Assembly: GCA_001643675.2 (NCBI GenBank)
Contig: LSRY02000059.1
Coordinates: 431,362 to 495,361, forward strand
DNA from: Monocercomonoides exilis PA203
Taxonomy: Eukaryota > Protista > Preaxostyla
Reading direction: 5' to 3'
Length of the DNA: 64,000 nucleotides
Shown: piece after piece, positions 1-11,756 of the stretch
Layout of the letters: every line of letters starts with the position of its first letter
Numbering within the stretch: position 1 is the first letter of the stretch
Translations under genes and position numbers: made by a program
The notes under the pieces: model-generated
The model's input: the letters and a program-made list of their open reading frames with translations, nothing else
What the model was told of the DNA's origin: nothing
Database searches by the model: none

Positions 1-315
1 GGAGGAGGAGCATCAGGAACAGCCTCTGCTTCTTCAAAGGGAGGTGCAGCTGAGACGAATTTCCCGCCAGATCGCTGCTTCCATTGCGGTGCGAAGGGCC
101 ATCTCTTCATTGACTGCCCTCATCACAAGCGGGAGAAGACTATCGACAAGGACTCGTGCTTCAGATGTGGTAGAAAAGGTCATACTTCTAAGGAGTGCAC
201 ATTTGAGGACACGCGCCTTTGTTTTGTTTGCGGGGGAGTGGGACACATTTCAAAGGAGTGCCCAATCAGAAGAAAAAAAAGGAAGGGAAAAAAGAAGGCA
301 GAGCAAGCACAGTAA
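1..315 (+). CDS. 3' end of a CCHC zinc-knuckle nucleic-acid-binding protein (CNBP/ZCCHC-like), 5'-truncated by the window
   Basis: Manual translation of frame +1 (not in the ORF track) gives three CX2CX4HX4C knuckles: CFHCGAKGHLFIDC, CFRCGRKGHTSKEC, CFVCGGVGHISKEC. A basic tail RRKKRKGKKK and TAA at 313-315 follow. Confidence 0.9.
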   Translation, partial: GGGASGTASASSKGGAAETNFPPDRCFHCGAKGHLFIDCPHHKREKTIDKDSCFRCGRKGHTSKECTFEDTRLCFVCGGVGHISKECPIRRKKRKGKKKAEQAQ

Positions 316-480
316 ATTTATGTTTAAGTTTTACATTCTGTTATCTGAAGTCAATGATAATTGTTCATACTTTATACATCTCCTGTGGTTTTTATTTTTT
401 TGTAAAGTTTTTTCATTTTTATTTATTTACGTTTATGATCAAATTTTTTGATCAAAAGGGTTTTTTAAATATTGTTTCTT

Positions 481-1553
481 ATGTTGGAGCAAAAAAAGCC
501 AAGATTTATAAAAGTTGAAGAGGAAAGAGTAGATTCTTCCACCTCTGAGGTGAAAGCGAACCCGATTCCGCGTGATTATGGTGCTTCTTTGGTTTCTGGA
601 ATAAAAGGTTTTTTTTTATTTCCCGAACGTACGATTTGTGTTTAAATTTAGCACTTTGAACAATTAGATAAACTTTCTGAAAAAGTTGAACATTCATTGG
701 AATTTGAGTTTCCTCAAAAAATTAAAGAGTTTCAGAAATACGTTGAAGAAGTAAAATCTATTTCACTTGAAGACATCACAGCAGCTGCCATTCTTCCAAC
801 AAAAGAAGAGGTTAGTGATGATATAAAAGATAGAAAAAAGAGAATCAAACAGATTAAAAAAGAAAAGAGAGCCGAGCTAAAGAAAGAAGCAGAATTATCC
901 ACTTCTTCGGAAGAAAAAGACGATGACAATGAACACGAATATGATTTTGAAGATGATATTTATTTACCTGCTGTTTTTATTCCTTCAAAACTTAAAGTTC
1001 CTCGAAACAATGCATTGGAGCGCTTGATATCAATTGCAATACTGATTAAAGAAGAAATGACTTCTCTTCTTCTTGACCTAAGGACCTGGCTGCGCCTCAG
1101 GATTCCATCTTTACTTGGTTTTATTTTTATTTTAATTTCTTTTTTTAATTTGTATTATTATTATTATTATTTTTCCTTTTAATTGGCTAATATTCATTTT
1201 TCCACTTTTTTATTAACCCATGTTTTTCAGATGGTGACAATCTCGGAAGTGATATTGTAAGTGCGCACATCGAAGCTATTACGTATGCCATTGATTGCGC
1301 AACTGGACTTCTGCAACTTGCAAGCACATACAGAGTTGCAAGAGGTAAATTGATTATGCAAATTTGTTCATCTCCGTTCAATGATGATCTGAGAAAGGCT
1401 TTTGTTGCTTCAGATGTTGATTTGTATCACAATCTTATGCAACTCATTCCAAATACAGTGAATGTTCTGATATCGACATACGATGCATTAGGAAAGAACA
1501 TGGAACAGATCAAGGCTCCAAGAACTGTAGAGCAAAAGCAATGGCTGTATTGA
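481..1553 (+). CDS. Proteasome activator PA28/REG (11S) subunit, spliced
   Basis: Splicing 1118-1230 (GT..AG) gives TWLRLRIPSLL-DGDNLG, matching the PA28 activation loop IP..EDGNNFG. The C-terminus YDALGKNMEQIKAPR...WLY matches PA28 YD.I.KN.EKLKKPR...MIY. The start is uncertain: the putative exon 1 from ATG 481 is one base out of phase with exon 2 at 652, possibly a homopolymer error. Confidence 0.85.
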
Positions 1554-1989
1554 GAATAAAAGTATTTCTTTCGAATGAAAAAGCATCATTTCACTCTCTT
1601 AAACCACACTTCACGGACCAGTTTGATTCAGAAACATTTTGATTACACTTCATGTTTTTCTTCAGAAACGCAACAAATGCGTGCGAAATGAAAACTTTGA
1701 TCAGCATAAAGACTGTCATTAAAAGAAAAATATGCAATAAAACAAAATTCATAAAATATAGAAACTTAAACTGAAAGAAAAATCAAAAAAGCCAAAAGGC
1801 AAATAGTGAGGTTATCTTTGAAAAGAAAAATACATATAAAGAACTGCATAAAATGGAGTTAAGACAAACATCACAACTTCATTGAATAAAACATATAGAA
1901 AAATTACATAAATATTGTCTTTCGATAAATATCAATAAAACAAAAAATAAAACCAAATTTTTTAGAAATTATAATTCAGAACACATTGT

Positions 1990-4900
1990 CTAATTGTAAA
2001 GGATGCATTCAACAGCCCTCTCATAATCGCTGCCACAAGAGACAAATGCCCCGACCGCGACTGAGTGGGTGCATCCAGTTAGCGCCATTATGCGACCGAT
2101 GCTCTTCTCCTCATTCGCACTGAGCATTTGCAATGGAGCTGGCGAATCAGAAGAGTCAGAAGTCACTTGCTCGTCTAATTCTTCAGTGGAGTTGAAAGAC
2201 TCTGTCAATGGACGCGAATTCAAAAATATGTTCATTGCTGGTGTTGCTTCAATGTTATGTGAATGATTTTCGTTTGATGAAGCCATCACAAATTGATTGA
2301 ATGCATTTTCGCCATTTTTTGGGCTCATGCTTCCTCTGTCAGATAGATCGTAGGTTGGAATTATGATCGAATCCTTTTGAATAGCCTGAAGCTCTTTCGC
2401 GCATTGAGTTGTATTGTTATCATTTTGTTCATCTGTTGAAGTAGACAGCTTCTGAACAACTTGTCCAATCTTTCCAGAAACTTCATCAGAAGTGCTGAAA
2501 CACAAGCTTTCTGTGATAAACTCTGTATCCTCCTCAGAATCCTCGTCTTCATCTGAATTTAGCGGAGGAGGTGGTGGCGGTGGAAGCGGAGGCAGTGGAA
2601 TAGACATCAAATCCTCTTCAGCTTCGTTTGTTTTCTCTTCTCCTGTCGCGTTCTCTGCTTCCTCCCCATCGTCCAGCGAGTCCACTGGAATTTGCCCTGA
2701 TTCAATCAACTCCTCATCCTCATCTGCATCTGCCTCTCCTTCAGTCATCGCAACAGCAAAAGTTGTGGGAAACGAGCGAATGGAGTAGTCTGCTGTAAAG
2801 GGAGCTGGATACAACTTTATATCTTCCGACGCTAAAAGCTGCGGCGGAGGTGTTTTGCTGAGTCTTTCTTCATCGAATGCCATCGACTTGCGTGATGTTA
2901 TTGCTGCTGTGATGCTGTCAAAGCTCAGCGACCTTGTCATCACGTCTCCTCTGCCTCTTTCGTTCCTCTCACGCTCATCCCCTTCATATGAATAGCCTTC
3001 ATTTGGTATGTGATAATTCCCTTCTGCAGTCATTTCTTCAGACGAATAATTGTGACCTACTTCATAATCATCTTCCATTGGTCTGACTGGCCCGTGGCAT
3101 AATTTACTCATCAATCTATCGCATGCCATGATATCTTGAGGGTTTTGATATTCATAGGGAATAAACTGCTGAAGGAACAAATGGGGAAACTGAATGATTT
3201 CTTGCAACAGAAGAAGATTCGGAGAAATAAACATTGAACAGGAAGATAAGTTGGATGAGGAAAAGGAAGAAGATGAAATAAAGAAATTGCATTCCTGAGA
3301 AGAAAGAGTCGAATCAATATCTTCATCGTCTACAGAGGCTCCAGAATAAGGAGACCTGGAAGAGTGGTGCCGTGATGATGATGATGAGGAGGAGGAGGAT
3401 GAAGAAGAAGAACCCGAATAGCACAAAATCATGTCGAGTAGAAGAGACAGAGAAGAAGGCTGTCGCTGGATCAGTTTGCGCACCTTGCTGAACTGGGGAT
3501 GGTGCCGCAACTGGAGGATAAGAGAGTACGAAGGCGATTCAGGTGTAGACGGATATTTGAATGAGCGCGATGAAGAAGGCGATTGTTCCTGTTCCTCCAA
3601 TGAAGCTGATGGCAACTGCTCAGATGCTGAGTCAGGGCTGCTGGCATCAGAAGAAGCAGACGATGATGAATTTTGGGCGTCCGTGCACGACAGAGAGTCC
3701 GTGGACGATGAACGCGAATGCTGCGATTCTGGTGTCAGAGACGAGCCACAGGACTCCGCTGTGGTCGAGGCAAACGAGAATGCAAAGTCGAAGTGTGCTG
3801 ACTGCGCTGAGGGAACAACATCCACCTCAAACAGACCTGTGGAGCCAGCGCCTGCTTCAGACGATCCCTCGAAGGATGCTTCCTCGTCGCTGTCATCGTC
3901 GCTAAGCTCTCTGAATGCTCCTTGCTCGGAGGCATTGCCATACGAACTGCCTGGACTTCTCTCTTGTGGATGCTGCTGCATGATTGGGAAAACAGACGGG
4001 GGTGAAGTTGTACACTGCTTCGCATTCGCTTCTGTCGCATCTGCTATCTTCCTTTCGCATTTTCGTTGTTCTGTTAGATTTCTTCCCTCTTGTCCAGGAG
4101 CCGTAAACCCAGCTTCAGATATGCTCCTATCAGCTTCTTGCGCTTCATATTCATGTAAAAACGCGTTGTGTGGTGTGGCTGAATGATATTCCTCCAATTC
4201 ATCAACTTCTGAGTTCTGGAGCTCATCGATTTGCAAAGCACGCTTGAAGCTGAATAGAGATGTGGGAACAAAAGATGACATGTATGAAAGTGTTGGTAAT
4301 GCGAACGTCGCATTTTTCATAGCATCGCTTACTTCTTTCTGATCTTTAATTGGTACATTTGAAGAAATTAAAGAAACTGATGGATGACTTATTTTATATC
4401 TTTCATATGTTGTGTTTTGTTCTCTTTCAAGTGAATTATCTTTGTCATGAGAATATGAGTCATGACAAATTTTATTAATGGTGTTTGTTTGGGGTCGGGA
4501 TAAAAATGTTTTGTTTACAAGAAATTCAATTGCTATCTCTAAATTGTTATTTGCTGCCTTCAAACAAGAAATTGACGCTTCTCGTTCAAATCCCATTGTA
4601 TCAAGCTGAATCATTTTATCATCAAAGTTTTCAATGCAATTTTCTGCCTTCAAAGCGCTGGGAAACCGATCATTAAATGAATGTATTTCATGTGCTTTTT
4701 TGCCTGAATTGAATTTCTAAATAAAACGATTACAAAATTGGTGAAATATCTCAAATACTGGAATAAAATGAAGTGCATACAGTTTCTCCGGCTATCATGA
4801 TACTATCTCCCTCTTTCTTTTATGAAATTGATATTTTTGAAAAAACATTATAAAAATTTTTGTTGAAAAAGCACAGTGAATCAAACGATATAATAATCTT

Positions 4901-5069
4901 TTAATTTTTGCTCTTCTATCAATTTGACATTTTTGAAATAAGATATTACTGTTTGTTCTTCGAGATGAAAAGCTTTAGAAATTTCTTGTTTAAGTTTTAG
5001 AACTGTCCAGTTGATGTCTATGTCCACTTGTTCGGTGTGCCCACTTAATGAGTTAACAAATATTTTCAT
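1990..5069 (-). CDS. RAD23: Rad23-like ubiquitin shuttle (UBL-UBA-XPCB/STI1-UBA) with long Ser/acidic insertions
   Basis: UBL MKIFVNSLSGH...TVLKLKQEI (ATG 5069, two introns ~4719-4886). UBA1 MGFEREASISCLKAANNNLEIAIEFL. XPC-binding LRHHPQFSKVRKLIQRQPSSLSLLL. C-terminal UBA EEKSIGRIMALTGC...AFVSCGSDYERAVECIL. Confidence 0.85.
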
Positions 5070-5344
5070 TACAAGCAAGCTCAAAAAGATAATTGTGCAG
5101 GAAATAACTCCCCAATATTCGATCAAGAAAAATACAAATAAATAATTTTTTTGGAAATTCATTTCTATTAATTTAAGTTTTCGAAAATTGTGAACGGTCT
5201 CATCTCTCATATTTGCAAAAGCAACTTTAACGATGAGAAAAATTTCTCCATAATACTAAAACAAAGTTTTTTATTTTTTTGATGAAAAATGATTGTTTGT
5301 GATTGAGATTTTCAATCCAAAGCTGTGAAATACTTATTCCACAA

Positions 5345-5370
5345 AATAAATAAATAAATAAATAAATAAA
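5345..5370 (+). repeat. (TAAA)n microsatellite
   Basis: aataaataaataaataaataaataaa is visible directly. Confidence 0.85.
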
Positions 5371-6126
5371 AACTGTTTTTGACTGAAGTTGGATTCAATA
5401 ATTTTTTTTAAAATTTGTTAATTTTTAACATTTAATTCGAAAAATGCAAACTTTTAATATGAATTCATAAAGCAATCATTCATATTTTTTGATGCAAGAA
5501 TATGAAAAATTCCACCCTTCATTCCATTTATCAACTTTTGTGTTAATTCACTTTTTCACGTTGAAAAATGTGATTTGTAATTAAAAAAATACAAAAATAT
5601 TTTTTTTGATTTTTATTTATATTGAGAAAAAGATATTTCACGAATGGAAATGACATTGTTCATGTCATTCAGCAGTTTCTGTACTTGATAGATTTTTCTT
5701 TAACTTTCATTTTGATTGCTTTGTTGAGTAACATTTCACATTAGCAAATCACAAACGATGGAGTATGCAAAAGCATAAAGTGTAACGAGACTTTATGTGC
5801 ATTCAAGTGCGGTGTTAATTTGTTAGGATCTCTTTTTTTGATAAAGAATAGTTTTTTGATTTTTTATAAAGCAGACTGATGAAGTTAAGTAACGAGTAAA
5901 TTGTCTCTTTCCATTCATTAATATTTAAAAGAATGTTACAAAAATACTTGCCTTCTCAAAAAATTTCCACTCTGAAAAATATACACAAAATAACTCAAAA
6001 ATGAAAGTTCTTTCGAATAAAAAAACAAGAATATATATAATCAAATCAAAAATTAATCACATTTTCACTAAAATCCAATAGAAACTATTTCTTACTCAAC
6101 ACAAACTCAATGATAACGTATGTTTA

Positions 6127-6764
6127 TCAAACAGCTGCTAAAAGAACATAACCTGCAATGGCAGCGACTTTGGCAGTAGTTTCCAGAACATCTTTGCCAG
6201 TTATTGGAGCTTTCTTTTTTTCTTCAATTTCATCAATAACTCTTCTAATTCCATTATTCAAACGACCTTCTGGTGGAGCTTTCGGAGCATATGGATGTGG
6301 CACTGTTGTTGTTGTGTTCGATGTTAATGGAAGTGATCTTGGTATCTCCATTATAATCTACAAAATAAACAATAGCATTTGCGTTTAAAGATATTTTTAT
6401 TTCATTTATAAAATCATACTGAACGTTCATGATTTAAAATATCCATTCCACGAGTATGAAGATTAAATGATTGAAAACTTTTAACAATTCGCCCAAGCTG
6501 TTCTGCTGATTTTGCTTGAAAATGGTATTTACATAGGAGAGTTAATGTAAAGAATCTTGATCCAGGTTCTTTTGGAGCAATTGCAAGAACAATTGTATTC
6601 TCAGCGAACCATCTAACACGATCATCCAATAGATTTCTAACGCCATCTGAAGAGAGAACCAAAACGCGCTGTTGTTTTTTTCCTTCTTTGTTTACCTTCA
6701 CAATATCAAAGTAGTATGATTCTTGATCTCCAACCGGTTTTATTGGAAGTTTTCCAGTTAACAT
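6127..6764 (-). CDS. Hypothetical protein with a PH-like beta-rich domain and hydrophobic C-terminus; 5' end undefined
   Basis: Two ORFs join in phase through a GT..AG intron (~6358-6420). FDIVKVNKEGKKQQRVLVLSSDGVRNL resembles the first strands of a PH fold. The protein ends VAAIAGYVLLAAV. Confidence 0.55.
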
Positions 6765-8060
6765 GAAAAAGTATTTGCTATGGTAATAATTGATCTATTT
6801 TAATTTGGTTTTCATATTTTAAAAAACATTTGATTTTTGAACATTTTTTGCTTAAAATTTCAAAAGATATATGTTGGACTCAGCTCAAGTGTATGAAGGG
6901 CATTGGATCTATGTTCAACGAGATTCCAAAAATGGATAATTCGGAACAGATCCTTCCATTTTTCCTTCATCATTGTCCAATAAAAACATTTCGCAACATT
7001 AACATATCATAAACTGAGATCATAAAAGGTGAAAAAGTTAAAAAAATAAAAAATAAACCAAATAAATATACAAAAAAAAATTTATAAAATTTCTCATTTT
7101 TGAAATTACATCAAAACTTTCAAGAAGAAAATATCTCATTAAATCATTTAATTTTCGTTGTTTCAATGGTCATTTGAAGCACTTCAAATTCTCGTGATAT
7201 AAAATCATACTATTGCAATTAATAAAAAAAACGCAACTGCAATTTCCTTTTGAATATCATTATTAAACACTCAAAATTAAACAAAAGTAATACTACTAAA
7301 TCCTTTTATTTTATAAAAAAGATCAATTGAAGTATCCTTTAAACTATGTTATCAATCCTCTCTTTGTTGATCTTTCAAATTACTTCAACAATACATAATT
7401 AATCCAAAGTGTTTCTAAAATTACTAAAAATAAATGTATCCAAGTAGTTGTCTTCATCAAACTGTGTAAATCTAAATTTTGATAATTACATTTGAGGCAT
7501 CAAATTTCTGTTGATTATTCTCAATAAATGTTTTGATCATTAACCCAAATGCATAAAATATTTATCGGAATCGATGGAGATTTCAATTTTATTTGAATAT
7601 AGATAAAAAATTTTAGTCCATTTTCAAAATAGAACACGATGAAGGTTCTGGATTTTATAATACAACAACTGCCCAATTCAACACGATTTCCAAAAAAACA
7701 TTCACTTATCTTAATAAAACGAAAGACAAAAAGATTGTTCGTTTTGTTAAATAAGATATGATTTTGGCAAATTGCTTTTGTAAATGTTACAGAATTATCA
7801 GAATTTTCTTTTTACAAATTTCAACAACAACTTTTGAGATGCAATTATTATTTCAATGTTTTTTACTTTAAATGCATTTTTTTCAACTTTTTTAAACTCC
7901 AAATACATCATGGGGAATATAATCGAAATATAAGAAAAGTCAACTTTTAAAGAATAAATAGAACACAAATTACTTCAACTTCGAAAAAAGACATATTTTC
8001 AGCAGTATACTTTTTCAGTTTTTATTCGATGTGTAAAGAAACCAATGAAAGTTAAAGTTT

Positions 8061-8696
8061 TTAAGCGTCGGGAACAGCAATAGTTCCATCGTCAATTCTT
8101 GGGAAAAGATCCTTTGGAGATTGTCCATCAACAGAGCATCCAACGCTGACGCATGATCCAAGAATCTCCTTAACTGTGCCTTTTAAAGTGCAAGCAAGAG
8201 ATCTGTCGCGAACAGTACGTGCAATTTTTATGACTTGATCCATTGTGATTGACCCGCTGTGTTTAACTGGAAAAATATCATTTCAAAAAAAATACATTTA
8301 TATAAACTTAAGTTGCAAAAAGTCATGGAATATCCAACGCACTGTTTTTAACTTTCTTTCTGTCTCTTGGAGGTTCGTTCAAGGCTTGGATAATCATTGA
8401 AGGAACTGATGGAACAACAAAAACTTCGGCTTGTCTGTTCTTCACAACAAGCTTAACGGTCACACGAAGTCCTTTCCATCCCATTGTCGCTTTAGCGATA
8501 TCTTCTCCTGTTTTTTTTGGATTCTATATTTGCATATTCAATCACATTATGAAAAATATTATAATGCTCTTATCAAAAATCAAACTAATCCAAGAGGACC
8601 AATTTTTGGTGCAAGGGTGGAAGCAGCACCAACTTCACCTCCAACTGCACGGATGAATACAATTTTCTCTTCGTTTGGATCAATCTTTGGAGGCAT
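8061..8696 (-). CDS. RPL12: 60S ribosomal protein L12 (uL11), 3 exons
   Basis: [37 protein letters not shown] / [24 protein letters not shown]...[11 protein letters not shown] / IKHSG...[23 protein letters not shown] introns at 8524-8585 and 8267-8342 restore the frame. Confidence 0.97.
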
Positions 8697-8814
8697 TTTT
8701 ACAAGATTTCACGATCATAAAAATCCAATTTTCACAAAACATTTTGATCTTTTCAATAATAATATGATTATATATTTCCGCAGTTTCCTCCAGCGAAAGT
8801 GAAAATCGCGAAAA
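8697..8814. promoter_or_regulatory. Putative bidirectional promoter between RPL12 and RPL9
   Basis: Only 118 bp separate the two divergent start codons. Confidence 0.6.
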
Positions 8815-9596
8815 ATGAAGACAATTCATCAAGTTGAAACGATATCAGTTCCACGCGGAGGTTCTATTATACTTTTTACATTTTTAACATTTAAAATTTT
8901 ATGACTATATTTTATATTCCACCGTTTAGTGAAAGTTGAAGTACATTGCAGACAGGTTCGTGTTACTGGACCTCGTGGAGTCATCAAGAAGTCTTTTTCA
9001 CACATCCCAGTTGATTTAACACGTAAAGGAAGAAAAGTTACAATTGCATACTGGAGCGGTAACAGAAGACAATGCGCTCTTGTTCGCACCGTTTACACAA
9101 AGATCAACAACATGATTCAAGGTGTTACAAAGGTGTGAATACTTTATCTAGATTTATCTCTTTCTTTAAAAAATGAGAATTATTTTCAGGGATTCCAATA
9201 TAAGATGCGTGCTGCATATGCCCATTTCCCAATTATGATGGTTGTTTCTGATGATAAGAAAACTGTTGAAGTGAGAAACTTTTTGGGAGAAAAGCGTGCT
9301 CGTATCATCAATCTCCCTGAAGGTGTCACAGCTTACAGGTCAACTGGAGTGAAAGATGAAATTGTTCTTGAAGGAATCGACAATGAATTGGTTGGAATGT
9401 CAGGTTTGTTATGATTGATTGTTACTTAAATCTCAATTTATTTTTCTTTTTAATATTTATATTTTTATTTTTGTTGATAAAATGTTTTGAACTTACAGCC
9501 GCTCAAATTCATCAAAGCATTCTTGTGAAAAACAAGGATATCCGTTTCTTCTTGGACGGTATCTACGTTAGCGAGAAGAATTCTATCTCTGAGTAA
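8815..9596 (+). CDS. RPL9: 60S ribosomal protein L9 (uL6), 4 exons
   Basis: MKTI...VRVTGPRG...[23 protein letters not shown]...EVRNFLGEK...[17 protein letters not shown], with three GT-AG introns. Confidence 0.97.
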
Positions 9597-10307
9597 AATT
9601 CATCTTTACCCATTTCAAATTAGATCGTTTCAACAAGAATATATGGACAGTTATGCAATGAAGAAATTATATTGATGTTAACATCTCAATTTCAAAAAGA
9701 TATCTACAATTTTTCAAATAGATTTTAAAAATTGAATTGATAACATTTGACAAGAAATATGCATTTGTCATATTCTCAAAGATTCAAATAGACTCTTCAT
9801 TGAATATTTCTAAAATTAAGTTAAAAGTCACAATTCAATTATTCAAAATCTAAGTGGCAAAAAGTTATTTTTAGAAAAAATTGTTCATGATCGTAGATAC
9901 AACTGCAATCTTTATCGTATGTTGTTTGAATGAAAATTCTTCCCCAAAATTTGAAAAAGATATTGTTGAAGATTACCATTAACAGCTTTTCAAAAGAAAA
10001 TTTCATTCAATCATTAATTCCCAAAGTTGGTAGGAGAAGTGTTTCATTTCTTTTTCTTAACATCGGAAAAGTTTATTTATATGAGAAATTTCATAAATAA
10101 TTGTATTTCAAAGTTAATCAGAAAGAAGGTGAAAAAAAAACACGAAAGATGAAAAATCGTGTTTTATGAAAAACGCAAAATTAAAAAAAAATCAATAAAC
10201 ATAGAAAAAAGATCTGATATCTTTGGTTATAAATTTGTATTATTATTAACTTTTTCTCTTTGTTAATTTTTTAAATCCGCTTTGTCTCCCAAACTTTCTA
10301 ATTTCAA

Positions 10308-11147
10308 ATGGATACTGAAACTTCATCTGCTACAGACTCAACGGCAGCTGCTCAAACAGAAGAATTTTATTTGCGTTATTATGTTGGGCATAAGGGACAG
10401 TTTGGTCATGAATTCTTGGAGTTTGAGATTCGGCCAAATGGAAAACTTCGTTATGCAAATAATTCTCATTACAAAAAAGAAGAAATGATCCGAAAAGAAG
10501 GTTTGAAGAACTGATTTTGTTATCATATGTAAGCTGACGCTTCTGTTCGTTAAATGTGAATAAACTTTTGAATATTAATGTGTTGCTTTCAAAGTTTATT
10601 TAAGCCCATGTGTTGTTGCAGAATTTCAGAGGATTATTGATGAATCGGAAATTATGAAGTATAAAGATATTTATTGCACACAATGGATTTATTTACCATG
10701 TTTCATTTTAAACATTCTCTTTTTAACTTACCAATTTAGAGAAAGTGACGAAGAATGGCCTGAAACAGACAAAGGTGGACGTCAAGAACTGGAAATAGTT
10801 TATAAAAATGTTCATAGCTCATTTGTGGTTTGTAGGCACTTTTTTATAATTAATCATCTCGATTTTATTATTAATTTTAAAGACATGCAAACTTTCAAGT
10901 CTTACAAGCATTCAGGATTCGAGAGACCCAGATGGATTAAGAACATTTTATTATCTGGTTCAGGACTTAAAAGCTTTTGTGTTTTCATTAATTGGACTAC
11001 ATTTCAGAGTTTGTTTTTTTTAATTTCATTTATAAATATAATATTAATTTATTTATGTAATTTTTTTCTGTGTTTATTTGCTTCTACAATTCAATTATTT
11101 ATGATATTGATTATTTGATGTTGTTTAACAAGATTAAACCAATTTGA
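10308..11147 (+). CDS. MAGOH: Mago nashi (exon junction complex core), multi-exon
   Basis: [36 protein letters not shown]...[14 protein letters not shown]...[27 protein letters not shown], spliced to the last exon IKPI* (11133-11147). Confidence 0.96.
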
Positions 11148-11504
11148 AATTATCATTAGGCTTCTATAAGGCTAAATGTGGAATTAAAATTTTATTTATT
11201 TTTTAAAAGAAAGTGTTGCTTACTATTAATTCATTCAATGACAAAATGCTTCAAAATAAAAAAATGAAATCTGTTTTTGCATACGCATTTGTAAAAAATA
11301 TTTTCGTGAAATTTTATGATTAACATTGAAAGCAAGATATCTTTTATTCACAGTAATACCACATAAAAGATATGTCTTTTTATGATATTGAATCTTAAAA
11401 CTATCAGAATTTTATATCCGTGGAAAGAATACAATTTAATGAACAAAAAATAAAAGTAAAAAAATACTTAGATCTCTTTGCTAAAAAAATATATGGCTAA
11501 TACT

Positions 11505-11690
11505 TTTTTGAAAAAAACCTTTTGTTAGAGTTTTGAACGAAAAATTATAATTTTTGTGGGAATACTTTTTCAAAAGTGAGTTTATTATTCTGTAAACTGA
11601 ATAGATATAATCTCAACGCACTTTTGAAAAAGTATTCCCACAAAATACAATTTTCAGTTCAAAATTTGAACAAAAATATGATTTGAAAAA
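11505..11690. repeat. Degenerate foldback/MITE-like inverted repeat
   Basis: ttttgtgggaatactttttcaaaagtg (~11552-11578) is inverted at cacttttgaaaaagtattcccacaaaa (~11619-11645), with weaker outer arms. Confidence 0.7.
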
Positions 11691-11756
11691 GGAATAGACA
11701 TAAAAATTAAAAAAAGGAAGCAAAACATAAATATCTGATCTTCAGAGACAATCAAT

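Noticed and set aside
5640-5840. Possible structured ncRNA (short hairpins followed by a T-run)
   Set aside because: No snRNA, tRNA, SRP or snoRNA box motifs could be identified; short stems are expected by chance in AT-rich DNA.
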